The notes under the pieces: generated by a model | What the model saw: the letters and a program-made list of their open reading frames with translations, nothing else | Database searches by the model: none | Told to the model about the DNA's origin: nothing | Shown: piece by piece, positions 19,622-27,970 of the stretch | Layout: each line of letters begins with the position of its first letter | Numbering within the stretch: position 1 is the stretch's first letter | Program-made: the position numbers and the translations under genes | Assembly (NCBI GenBank): GCA_020440915.1 | Contig: JAGRNE010000001.1 | Location: forward strand, 1 to 47,075 | DNA length: 47,075 nucleotides | Origin: Leptospiraceae bacterium | GTDB lineage: Bacteria > Spirochaetota > Leptospiria > Leptospirales > Leptonemataceae | Reading direction: 5' to 3'

Positions 19622-21094
19622 ATGGTGAGTCAGATTCTGGAAAAGATTCAGCTGTATGTGGAGAAGGGAGGGGTGTATCTGGCCCTGGTGGCTTTTCTGG
19701 CCCTTCTTGTGGCCGGGCTACGGGTTCTGGATGAAGCCGATGGAGGCTTGCTGCAACTTCGTACCGCTCGAAGCGACTTCGAGGACTACTACAATGCTTC
19801 GGTGCGTATGGCTGAAAAAGGAGACCTCTATAGAATTCAGGCCGCACGCAACATGGAAGAATCGGCAGATCCGGGCATAGATATCAACAATCCCATAGAA
19901 CTGCTGCGCTTCTCCATGACTCCGGAAGGGAAGGCCTATCTGGAATCCATTCGCGGCGCAGGCTCCTATCTCTATCTGCCATTCTTTGCCTTCCTGCTTC
20001 TGCCACTGAGCTTTGTGGGCTACGAAGTGGCAGTGATGGTCTTTCAGATTTCTTGCCTGGTTCTTCTATGGACCTTCTTCGTGCTCATTCGCAGAAGTCA
20101 CGATCATATGAGTCGGGAGGAGTTCTGGTACCGCGCGGTGCTTTCCATGTTACCGGTAGCATCCTTTTTGTCCGAGAATGCGGCCAATGCCAACGTTGGC
20201 TTTTTGCTGGTTTTCCTCTGCGGCGGGGGGCTACTTCTTTCTACTCCGGATTTGACGGTGGAGTCGGCCTCCGAAAAGAAACGGCCAGTTCATTGGATGC
20301 AATATGTAGGCGGGGCTCTTCTGGGTATGGCCGCTGTCATTAAGATCATGCCTGTCATACTGGGGCTGTATCTTGTGGCCAGCCGAAGCTATCGCGCACT
20401 GATTGGAGCGACGCTGGCGGGCATTGCCTGTCTCTTTCTCCCGGCACTCTATGCAGGATGGGGAACCAACCTGGGCTGGCATCTGGAATGGTATGAAATG
20501 ATGATCCATACCTACAGCCAGTACGGGGTCGTTCGACCATATGCAAATAACCAGACAATTTCTGCAGCCATCTCCAAGCTTTTTGTGGCCGGTTCCGATC
20601 CGGACCAATCCACAGTTGGTCTTCCTTTGATCTATCGCAGCCTGGAAGAGCTGGGAAGCGCTGGCGCCTTCTGGTTACGGACCATAATCAAAACCCTGGT
20701 GTATGGTTTTCTGGCCATGGCTGTTTTTATGGCCATTCTCTTTTCTCTTCGGCGGAAGTTCTTGAGACCGGATAAGCGGCCTGCGCGCATCTACTTCATT
20801 CAAAGTCTGGTGCTAATTAGCCTTCTGGTTTCCGGTGTTAGCTGGTTTCATGCCTATAGTCTTCTTCTGGTACCCCTGGCTCTGCGCGTATACGAACCCA
20901 CTCCATGGAGCGCCGAAGAATTCTCCATGGCCGGCCTTATCGCATTTTCTGGTTTTGGAAACCTCCTTTTCTCTGGTATCTTTCGCGATTATCTGGCGCT
21001 GTACAGCGTCCATGCCTGGCTGATGGTGGCGCTGACTGTGTGGAGTATGACTCTGGTGTTTAGATTTCTTCGCAAGGAGGCCGAATATGCATGA
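19622..21094 (+). CDS. Polytopic membrane protein, glycosyltransferase family 87 / DUF2029-like (tentative)
   Basis: About 12 hydrophobic segments. GSYLYLPFFAFLLLPL and AAVIKIMPVILGLYLV resemble GT87/DUF2029 signatures. The part of the ORF upstream of 19622 is antisense to queA. An alternative in-frame ATG lies at 19562. Confidence 0.6.
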   Translation: MVSQILEKIQLYVEKGGVYLALVAFLALLVAGLRVLDEADGGLLQLRTARSDFEDYYNASVRMAEKGDLYRIQAARNMEESADPGIDINNPIELLRFSMTPEGKAYLESIRGAGSYLYLPFFAFLLLPLSFVGYEVAVMVFQISCLVLLWTFFVLIRRSHDHMSREEFWYRAVLSMLPVASFLSENAANANVGFLLVFLCGGGLLLSTPDLTVESASEKKRPVHWMQYVGGALLGMAAVIKIMPVILGLYLVASRSYRALIGATLAGIACLFLPALYAGWGTNLGWHLEWYEMMIHTYSQYGVVRPYANNQTISAAISKLFVAGSDPDQSTVGLPLIYRSLEELGSAGAFWLRTIIKTLVYGFLAMAVFMAILFSLRRKFLRPDKRPARIYFIQSLVLISLLVSGVSWFHAYSLLLVPLALRVYEPTPWSAEEFSMAGLIAFSGFGNLLFSGIFRDYLALYSVHAWLMVALTVWSMTLVFRFLRKEAEYA

Positions 21095-22232
21095 TGGCGC
21101 CGGCCGTTATCTCCTTTTCCCTGTATTTCTCTTCCTGGCTTTCTTTGCCCTGGACAAGGTGATGTGCCTGGATGCGGTGAAGCGATACACCCAGGACGAC
21201 GCTACCTATGTCTACTATGACTACAAGCCCGAGCTTCTGGAGGAAATGATCGAGTTCGACCGACTTCGAAAGCTACCTCCGGCGGATGAAGAAGGGAACT
21301 GCCTGGACGGTTCCGCCGGGCCCTGTTCGGTGCATTCCGGCCAGAAAATACTGATCGTTCTGGGAAGTTCACGATTGCTGTACTTCAACTACGAGAACTT
21401 CAAGCATGCCTATCCAGAATGGGAGATGTTCAACTTTTCCGCTCCGGTGAGTTCGCCGGCGTACTTCGATTACATGCTTCAGGAAGTTCTGGCCACAGGA
21501 GTGAAGCCGGATTACATCATCGCCGAATCCGATCCCTTCCAATTTAACGAAAACTCTCCAGGTTTTATTAAGTCCAACCTGGCCTATAGCTTTGATTTCG
21601 CCTATGTTCTGGACAACTTTTCCCTTCTATCGGACGGAGGATTTACTGCAGACGAAGTGAGCCAGTTTCTGGCGAAGAACCTTTTTGCTGGCTATCGCTA
21701 TCGGCCCCATCTGGACAATGCTTTTGAGCGATTGTCCGATCCGCAGGACAAATTCCTGTTGGCCATCCATCAAATGGATCAATTCCAGAGAAAGAATCGC
21801 GGCGGAGGCATGTCTTTGATTCCAAGACCGGATTATTATGAGCGGGACTATGCAAGCCTGGCGGCCACGTCGGCCATGACCGTGCAGTGGATTTACGGAA
21901 ACTACGAGCTTTCCGAGAGGCAGTGGATCTTTCTGGATCAGTTGATTGCCAGGGCTCGTCAGGCAAACGTTCCCCTGGCTTTCTTAAGGCCACCCGTGTC
22001 TCGGCCCATGCAGGACATTCTGGACAAGAATGAAGTGATCCAGGAAAACACCGAGATCTGGTCTGGTAGAATGGATGAGCGTCTGAAGTCGGAAATGCTT
22101 ATTGATCTTACCGATGGCGATCCTTTTCATTGCAACACTTTTGCCGATGGCAGCCACATGTCGTTGCAGTGCTATAATCCGGTGCTCACCGTTGCCATGG
22201 AAGCGTATCCAGTTATCAAGCAGCGAATGTAG
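21087..22232 (+). CDS. Membrane-anchored hypothetical protein, DUF1574-like (tentative)
   Basis: Consensus AAGGAGG lies 6 nt upstream of ATG 21087. The ATG overlaps the end of the upstream gene by 8 nt. N-terminal TM anchor (LLFPVFLFLAFFAL). The family assignment is from memory of Leptospira DUF1574 proteins and is not verified. Confidence 0.5.
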   Translation: MHDGAGRYLLFPVFLFLAFFALDKVMCLDAVKRYTQDDATYVYYDYKPELLEEMIEFDRLRKLPPADEEGNCLDGSAGPCSVHSGQKILIVLGSSRLLYFNYENFKHAYPEWEMFNFSAPVSSPAYFDYMLQEVLATGVKPDYIIAESDPFQFNENSPGFIKSNLAYSFDFAYVLDNFSLLSDGGFTADEVSQFLAKNLFAGYRYRPHLDNAFERLSDPQDKFLLAIHQMDQFQRKNRGGGMSLIPRPDYYERDYASLAATSAMTVQWIYGNYELSERQWIFLDQLIARARQANVPLAFLRPPVSRPMQDILDKNEVIQENTEIWSGRMDERLKSEMLIDLTDGDPFHCNTFADGSHMSLQCYNPVLTVAMEAYPVIKQRM

Positions 22233-22292
22233 TGGGGCTTTCCAGGTCCCGATGGCTCGAGGATTGAAAAGTGGGATGACCCGGCCAGAATT

Positions 22293-22310
22293 GCGTCAGC
22301 CCGCTGACGC
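22293..22310. terminator. Hairpin between convergent genes (terminator candidate)
   Basis: GCGTCAG-CCCG-CTGACGC, a 7-bp stem between the stop at 22232 (+) and the stop at 22333 (-). No strong T tract. Confidence 0.3.
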
Positions 22311-22332
22311 TGAATCGGTTTCTGAGAGGAGC

Positions 22333-22869
22333 CTATTTCGATCGCCGGGCAGCTTCCTGGAGCGCCTGGATCATGGATTTGCTATCCAGGTAATCCTGGC
22401 CCTTCCAGACAAGTTCATGGGATGAGTCCAGAACTGCAAAAAGCGGCAGAGCTTCGTTGATCTCTTTAAATCGTCCATCCCTGGCGTAATCCGAAAATGC
22501 GGAGTCCTCTTCGTCGACCTTGAGGACAATGGATGACTGGAGGGCCTGGTTAAGCGAAGGGTCCTGAATCATGCGATCCTGAAACTTCACGCAATTAGTG
22601 CACCAATCCGCGAAGAAGTCCAGGAATACGGGTTTCCTTTCCTCTTTCGCGGCGCGGAAGGCCTCTGCCGGATCCCGATATATTGTTAGGTTTCCGTGAG
22701 AAGTGGATTCGAGTCCTGTGGACGGAGGCAGGGCATTCGCATGCGCCTCATTTTCAGGCTCCGCCCCGAGGCCGTCCTGGAAGTAATAGTAAAAGAAACT
22801 GCCGATGCCGCCCACCAGCAGCCCTCCCAGAATGGCTGCGATCAAGACAACTTTGAAATTCTTTTCCAT
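22333..22869 (-). CDS. Membrane-anchored thioredoxin-fold protein, DsbD gamma-domain-like
   Basis: The start ATG 22869 forms an ATGA overlap with the upstream stop. TM anchor VVLIAAILGGLLVGGIGSFFYYYF. KPVFLDFFADWCTNCVKFQ carries a CxxC motif and closely resembles the DsbD gamma motif LDLYADWCVACKEFE. Confidence 0.8.
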   Translation of the reverse strand: MEKNFKVVLIAAILGGLLVGGIGSFFYYYFQDGLGAEPENEAHANALPPSTGLESTSHGNLTIYRDPAEAFRAAKEERKPVFLDFFADWCTNCVKFQDRMIQDPSLNQALQSSIVLKVDEEDSAFSDYARDGRFKEINEALPLFAVLDSSHELVWKGQDYLDSKSMIQALQEAARRSK

Positions 22870-23363
22870 CACTCTACACTTAATTCCTGCCAGGTGGGAC
22901 GAAAACACATGCCGGTTACATCGTTGCAAATCTGCGTGCGAACCCGTATGGGCGCGCCCGGCTTCGCCGATCCCTGGAATACGAATTCGCCAGTGCCTCG
23001 TAGAACCAGAGCGCCGATTTTCTCTTCCTCTTCGCCTTCTGGCTTGCTCTTTAGTGTTGGGGCGGAATCCATCTTGCCGGCGGCGAGGGCAGGCTCCCAG
23101 TCGAAGGCCACAGGAATTAGATTACCATGAGGGCCTTCATCCAGGTAAGCATGGTGGTCTGCCGGGATGCTCACTGAAACAGTAATGTTGTCCTGCAGAG
23201 CGGCCGCCCGAATGGTTGCCCGGGGGATGCCCTCTGCATGACCGTTCTTTTCTGTATCGTTGCAAAAAAGCATGGTCGTGGCCAGCATGGATACCAGGGC
23301 CAGGCGCATTGCATTGGATGATAATGTGAAAAAATTTCGTAGCAGTAAAGGACGGTTTCTCAT
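22869..23363 (-). CDS. DsbD N-terminal (alpha) domain-like periplasmic protein
   Basis: C-terminal RTQICNDVTGMCFRPT matches the Q-x-C-x5/6-C-[FY]-x-P pattern of DsbD alpha. An alternative start at ATG 23309 gives the lipoprotein-like signal MRLALVSMLATTMLFC. Confidence 0.65.
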   Translation of the reverse strand: MRNRPLLLRNFFTLSSNAMRLALVSMLATTMLFCNDTEKNGHAEGIPRATIRAAALQDNITVSVSIPADHHAYLDEGPHGNLIPVAFDWEPALAAGKMDSAPTLKSKPEGEEEEKIGALVLRGTGEFVFQGSAKPGAPIRVRTQICNDVTGMCFRPTWQELSVE

Positions 23364-23412
23364 AGGTCAAGGATGCCAGGAAAGCGTCAGAACGGGAAGT
23401 ATATTTCGGTGC

Positions 23413-24021
23413 TCAGTAGCCCTGCGGCAGGAAATAGGTGTCCGTGCCGCTCTGAAAGCAGTCGGTGAGGCAGCTTTTGAACGTTGAGTCCACGCATTCG
23501 CCGGTCCAGGTGGAAGGACTGCACTGTCCATGGATGGTGATGGCCGCAGTGGCGCCAGCGGACGTGCAGAGCCCGGCCTGCCGTCGAGCCTGCCAGAACT
23601 GCCGGTTACATTCAAAGTGACAGTTCCGCGCCCCATAGGTGTAAACCGTGGGGGAGTTGAAGATCCCTGCATCAATCAAGCTATTGCAAAGGTTGGTTGC
23701 ATCAGTGGATGTGGAAGCAGGGCGATAGGCAGTGTTTACCGTACTTAAATAACTGGCCTGGTTGCCCCCATCCGATGTGCAGGAAAGCGCAATAGTTTCG
23801 GCCTCCACGCATTTGGCCAGAGCGCTTTCGCGAGTGGGAGCAGTAATGAGCAGGAAGATCGAAGCGGTTTCTTCCGTATTTGGAACATCATCAAAAGAAT
23901 CGCTGGCGCATCCCGCAATTGCATATAGCATTCCGGTAAGCAGGGCCATGGCCAGATTACCAGAAATTTTCCCTGGATAAAGTACGACCCGCCCGGAGCT
24001 ATCCTTTCGGAGAAGTCTCAT
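23413..24021 (-). CDS. Cys-rich lipoprotein (hypothetical)
   Basis: Lipobox LYAIAGC followed by 10 further cysteines in about 165 mature residues. ATGA overlap with the TonB-dependent receptor stop. Confidence 0.6.
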   Translation of the reverse strand: MRLLRKDSSGRVVLYPGKISGNLAMALLTGMLYAIAGCASDSFDDVPNTEETASIFLLITAPTRESALAKCVEAETIALSCTSDGGNQASYLSTVNTAYRPASTSTDATNLCNSLIDAGIFNSPTVYTYGARNCHFECNRQFWQARRQAGLCTSAGATAAITIHGQCSPSTWTGECVDSTFKSCLTDCFQSGTDTYFLPQGY

Positions 24022-26528
24022 CAGAACTGAACCTCCACTCCAAAGTTGATGAGCGGTACCCTCAGTCCCTGACCGCTGGAGGTTGGAATGACCAGGTTGC
24101 CAAATTCAGGAGTTACCGATGGATTCGCCTTCGAGAAAGGCTGACTTTCGTCAAAGGAGTAGCTTCCCGGATTATCTCTGAGGTAGATGTTCAGCGCTTC
24201 AATGAATACGTTACCGAAGCCCCATTCGTAGTTGAAGAATCGGTCAATGCGGATATCCAGTCTATGGTACGGCTTCAGTCGCAGAGTGTTTTCAAATGGA
24301 GAATACACCGGATCGAAGATGGGCCTGCCATTGTTGTTCTGCTGGGCCCCATCATCGCCTATGATCTCCGTATAGGGCTGGGACGTGGCGTACCGCCATT
24401 TTATACCGATCTGCCATTCTGGATTGATCTTATACCCCAGGATTATGTTGATAATATGGGTTCGGTCAAAGTTGGCGAAGATGGGGTCCGTGTTGTCGTA
24501 CTGTTGCAGTAGCCGAAGCTCGTCGGCGGAGTAATTGGTAGCCGGGGCAAAAGGGCTGGGCCGAAAGATGTTGTCGTCTCGGTAGCTGCGAGAATACGTA
24601 TAGGAAATCCATCCATACCAGCCGGACTCATTCGGAGGTTTGCTTCGCTTGATATAGAGCTCGATGCCCTCGGAGTAGCCGTATCCTCGATTCGAATAAT
24701 AGGCCGGAGTATTTATCAGAAAGGGGCTTGAATACCGTGTAAATGGATCGGGGTTTTCGCGGTAGGCCAGGCGAGCATAGGGGTCCTGAATCACTATGTC
24801 TCGGTATACCTGGCGAAAGCCTTCGGCTTTGAAAATCCAGTTGCCCAGTATCTGCTCCACTCCCACTGCAGCATGGTCGGCTTGCTCCAGTTTCAGCCGG
24901 GGATTTCCGGAGGAAGGGCTGTACTGCTGCGGATCCGGCACGCGATGGTAGATGCCTCCACCGGCTATGAACGTAGTATCCGTGGGCAATTTCAGGGAAA
25001 TGGTGCCCCGGGGATCGGTAACTCGTTGCTTTGTAGGGCCAAAGTAATCCACTCGCACCCCTGGTTTGAATTCGATCCACCAGCCGCGCAGCGTTAGCAT
25101 GGCGTAGCCGCTGTTAAAGCTTGCAAAGTTCCTGTCATCCACCGGTACGACCTGGAAGTCCGGGTTCGCGGTATTAAATAGATCCGGACTCTGATCCAGC
25201 ACATCCACCTGTTGTACCGTTGTGCCCTCGAAGACGTATCGAAATCGTCTCCCTTCCAGGCCCACGTCAAGAAGGGCATGATCCTTCCACAGCTCCAGGA
25301 AGCCTTCCACTCGAAGGGCAGCATAACCGTTCTCCAGGTTTTGCTTTGCGTCGATGATTCCCAGGGTTCCATCCGTGTAGGAGATATTGTTATGATTGAA
25401 TAGCGTTGTCTTGAGCTGGAAGATGGAATTGGGCTGCCATACGTGACGAATAGCCTCTGTATGGAATACCCGGTCCAGGGCAATGCTTGCACCAAAAAGC
25501 ACCGGGCTGATCTCCGTGGTCGGATCCCAGGTGGGTCGATTGTCTACTGCGGCGATCAGGGTATCTTTGGATCCGAGAATGTAGAAGTACAGACTCTGGC
25601 GATCTGTGAGATTGTACTTCAGTTTGAATTGAGCATCCTGATAACGAGGAATAAGCGTGTAGCCAGAAGGAACAAGATTGCCCAGGGTTCTATCCAGGTA
25701 GGAGGCCCGCACGCCGGCAACCCAGTAGCCGTCTTTTCCTTTCTCTCCAATGGGCGATTTGAGCAGGATGCTTGCGGACCACAGAGAAAACGTAGTATGG
25801 CCGCCAAACTTTTCTACTTCATCGATGGTATCGATGGAGATGACGCCACCTGTAGCATCGCCGTACTTCACCGGGTAGGAGCCGGAATAAACATCAATGC
25901 TGTTGATGATGTTGTTCTGCACCACCGAGTTCAGTCCAAGCAGATGGAACGGATAACCAATGGGAAGTTCGTCCAGCAAATATGTGTTTGCATTTTCGTT
26001 GGCGCCGCGAAGAACAATATCTCCGTTGCCAAATGGCGGAGCGTTGACTCCTGGCAGCGACTCAATGCCGCGAAGGGCCTCGCCAAATTGACCTGGAAGC
26101 CGGCGAACCTCGTCCAGTCGCACATTATAGCGCGAAAGATTCTGTTTGTCGCGGCGACCTCGAACTACAATTCCTTCATCGCTAACGATTTGAGTTTCCG
26201 GCCCGGATGGAACGGGTTGTTCTTCTTTTTCAGGAGTGGATGTGTATATAGTGAGCGTTTGTCCCGCTCCCTGCACCTGCAGTCGTGGCTGGACCAGATT
26301 GCCGTCCGGCAGAATGGCCCGCACCGTGTAAAATCCCGGGGCCGGGACATCCAGAATGGCCTGGCCACTGGAATCTGTGTAGGTTTGCTGTCCGGTTTCG
26401 CGAACAATGATCTGGGCATCCGGCACAGTCTTTCGTGTTACCGGATCGAAAACGCGTACAGTCACTTCAAATGCGGAGAGTAATCCTGGCAGCAGAAACA
26501 CAAAAAGGGCAAAGTAAAACCGACCCAT
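24021..26528 (-). CDS. TonB-dependent outer-membrane receptor with N-terminal carboxypeptidase-regulatory-like domain
   Basis: Signal peptide MGRFYFALFVFLLPGLLSA from ATG 26528. Ig-like CarbopepD_reg-type segment (VTVRVFDPVTRKTVPDAQIIVRETGQQTYTDSSGQ). Plug-domain sequence (LPGVNAPPFGNGDIVLRGA). Long beta-barrel ending in a terminal aromatic residue (GVEVQF). Confidence 0.9.
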   Translation of the reverse strand: MGRFYFALFVFLLPGLLSAFEVTVRVFDPVTRKTVPDAQIIVRETGQQTYTDSSGQAILDVPAPGFYTVRAILPDGNLVQPRLQVQGAGQTLTIYTSTPEKEEQPVPSGPETQIVSDEGIVVRGRRDKQNLSRYNVRLDEVRRLPGQFGEALRGIESLPGVNAPPFGNGDIVLRGANENANTYLLDELPIGYPFHLLGLNSVVQNNIINSIDVYSGSYPVKYGDATGGVISIDTIDEVEKFGGHTTFSLWSASILLKSPIGEKGKDGYWVAGVRASYLDRTLGNLVPSGYTLIPRYQDAQFKLKYNLTDRQSLYFYILGSKDTLIAAVDNRPTWDPTTEISPVLFGASIALDRVFHTEAIRHVWQPNSIFQLKTTLFNHNNISYTDGTLGIIDAKQNLENGYAALRVEGFLELWKDHALLDVGLEGRRFRYVFEGTTVQQVDVLDQSPDLFNTANPDFQVVPVDDRNFASFNSGYAMLTLRGWWIEFKPGVRVDYFGPTKQRVTDPRGTISLKLPTDTTFIAGGGIYHRVPDPQQYSPSSGNPRLKLEQADHAAVGVEQILGNWIFKAEGFRQVYRDIVIQDPYARLAYRENPDPFTRYSSPFLINTPAYYSNRGYGYSEGIELYIKRSKPPNESGWYGWISYTYSRSYRDDNIFRPSPFAPATNYSADELRLLQQYDNTDPIFANFDRTHIINIILGYKINPEWQIGIKWRYATSQPYTEIIGDDGAQQNNNGRPIFDPVYSPFENTLRLKPYHRLDIRIDRFFNYEWGFGNVFIEALNIYLRDNPGSYSFDESQPFSKANPSVTPEFGNLVIPTSSGQGLRVPLINFGVEVQF

Positions 26529-26601
26529 GGAGAAGCCGGCTTTGCCGATCCGTTTGCCGCAGCGTCCGTCTGCTTTCGAAATTCCCCCGGCGAACATCAT
26601 G

Positions 26602-26925
26602 CTATGGACCTATCCCTGGCAGATCGATTTCGTACATCTCCACGCAGAAAAGAGGATAATCATTGAACGGGCATTCCTGGCGAAGAATGGAGAGTGAGCA
26701 GAGTTCCACTCCATACTGACTGGGCTCATGAGGTACAATCAGGATATAGTTGGGTTGATTGCCGCACTCTTTGTATTTGTAGTCGATGGCCGCATAGATC
26801 TGGCTCCAGGCCTCATCTTCCGGAACGGTTGTGTTTTCCGGGCATCCTGCAAATGTGAAGAGGCAAAGAACCAGCAATACAAAAGATGCAATTCTAGCGC
26901 TACTTTGCAGGACCCTATCTTTCAC
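26602..26925 (-). CDS. Small Cys-containing lipoprotein (hypothetical)
   Basis: GTG 26925 is preceded by AGGAAGG at 5-nt spacing and gives the signal (M)KDRVLQSSARIASFVLLVLCLFTFAGC. The alternative start is ATG 26958. Either start overlaps the upstream gene. The stop lies 1 nt before the extended receptor ORF. Confidence 0.55.
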   Translation of the reverse strand: MKDRVLQSSARIASFVLLVLCLFTFAGCPENTTVPEDEAWSQIYAAIDYKYKECGNQPNYILIVPHEPSQYGVELCSLSILRQECPFNDYPLFCVEMYEIDLPGIGP

Positions 26926-27418
26926 GTTTGCCTTCCTTTTGTTCAAAGCGAATGACATCGCCTTTGATCTTGAAGACACGTACGTGCCCCAGCAGGGAGT
27001 AGTAATGGGTCTCATGCCAGGTCTTGATGTTGATCATGGTGTCGCCTTCTAGCTTCTGAACGGCCAGCCCCAGAGCGTAGTGGGCATCCATAGGAGGCGT
27101 GGCCGGAAATAGATGAAGGAGGTAATATACCGAACTGCTGGCGGTCTGCTCGCATCCTCCGCCGTAGGCTGCCGGAGAAATCAGTTTTATGGCGGGTTCT
27201 TTGGGAACGGCCTGTCCTTCTTCCTTTAGCTGCTGCCGGCGCTGCAGTTCTTCCTGGTCCGGGCACACCACCTGGTATGGAGCATTGTTCGTAAGGGTGG
27301 CCTCGGGAATCCACCCTGCCTGGTCTACGTGGCCGCCTTCAACAACGAAGCCGCCCGGAAAGCAGGAAAAAAGTAAAGCCAGCAAGGCCCCGCTCAGGAT
27401 GTGAAAGAACCGCTGCAT
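26915..27418 (-). CDS. Lipoprotein, paralogue of the gene at 27419-27763 (TRL-like?, tentative)
   Basis: Signal and lipobox MQRFFHILSGALLALLFSC. The C-terminal module PPMD...GDTMINIK...KGDVIRF aligns with the neighbouring gene. Its ATG directly abuts the upstream stop (TGAATG). Confidence 0.55.
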   Translation of the reverse strand: MQRFFHILSGALLALLFSCFPGGFVVEGGHVDQAGWIPEATLTNNAPYQVVCPDQEELQRRQQLKEEGQAVPKEPAIKLISPAAYGGGCEQTASSSVYYLLHLFPATPPMDAHYALGLAVQKLEGDTMINIKTWHETHYYSLLGHVRVFKIKGDVIRFEQKEGKRER

Positions 27419-27763
27419 TCAGTTTACTTTGACCACGTCGGCCCTGAGGGTGAATCTGTACCGAGTCATGAACAGGTAAACGTACCGATCGGTGGAATAG
27501 CGCATGTTGATAAGAGCGTCGCCGCCATGGGCGTCCAGCAGCTGCTTTATCGCTTTGTCCACTGGCGGTTCCTCCAGGGGAAGACCAAGAATGCCAATGT
27601 CCAGCGCCCACCAGTCCACGCTGGCTTCGCCGCTTCCTACTACACGGTAGTTTTTGCCGGTAAGGGGAATGTTGGAGGTGGTAATTCCTGCACTGGCCGA
27701 AGCGCAGTAGGAACCGGAAACAACGATCAGCGCCGCAGCGCAAAAGGCAGAGAATCCACGCAT
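27419..27763 (-). CDS. Small secreted protein or lipoprotein, paralogue of the gene at 26915-27418
   Basis: Signal peptide MRGFSAFCAAALIVVSGSYCASASA. C-terminal module PPVD...GDALINMR...RADVVKV. Confidence 0.55.
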   Translation of the reverse strand: MRGFSAFCAAALIVVSGSYCASASAGITTSNIPLTGKNYRVVGSGEASVDWWALDIGILGLPLEEPPVDKAIKQLLDAHGGDALINMRYSTDRYVYLFMTRYRFTLRADVVKVN

Positions 27764-27970
27764 CGGGCCAATTTTACGGAACCCTCTCTGGAAAGCAAAC
27801 GTTCTATATCGTTATATTAGTTTAGCCAGCCGAATCGGAGAATGCATTCTTCTGGCCTGGCGAGGCGGCCCCTTTTCTTCTGCTTTATCGTATGCAATGG
27901 AGTTTCTGAATTCTTTTTGACGCAGTTTACTTCGGCGCGCTGTCCAATGCAGATTCCGCTTATACCTGGA

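Noticed and set aside
25443-26483. 346-aa plus-strand ORF inside the TonB-dependent receptor gene, and similar long antisense or alternate-frame ORFs (1270-2001, 12227-12949, 15268-15879, 30332-31111, 30475-31416, 33084-33968, 40049-40726, 41078-41623).
   Set aside because: Each is fully nested within, and out of frame or antisense to, a gene with clear family motifs. Their products are Arg/Gly/Ser/Pro-rich low-complexity sequences, typical of shadow ORFs in GC-rich DNA, and none has a recognisable RBS.
27764-27970. Cobalamin or another riboswitch upstream of the TonB-dependent receptor locus.
   Set aside because: I saw no B12-box-like GCCACTG core or other recognisable riboswitch signature on the minus strand, only AT-rich promoter-like sequence.
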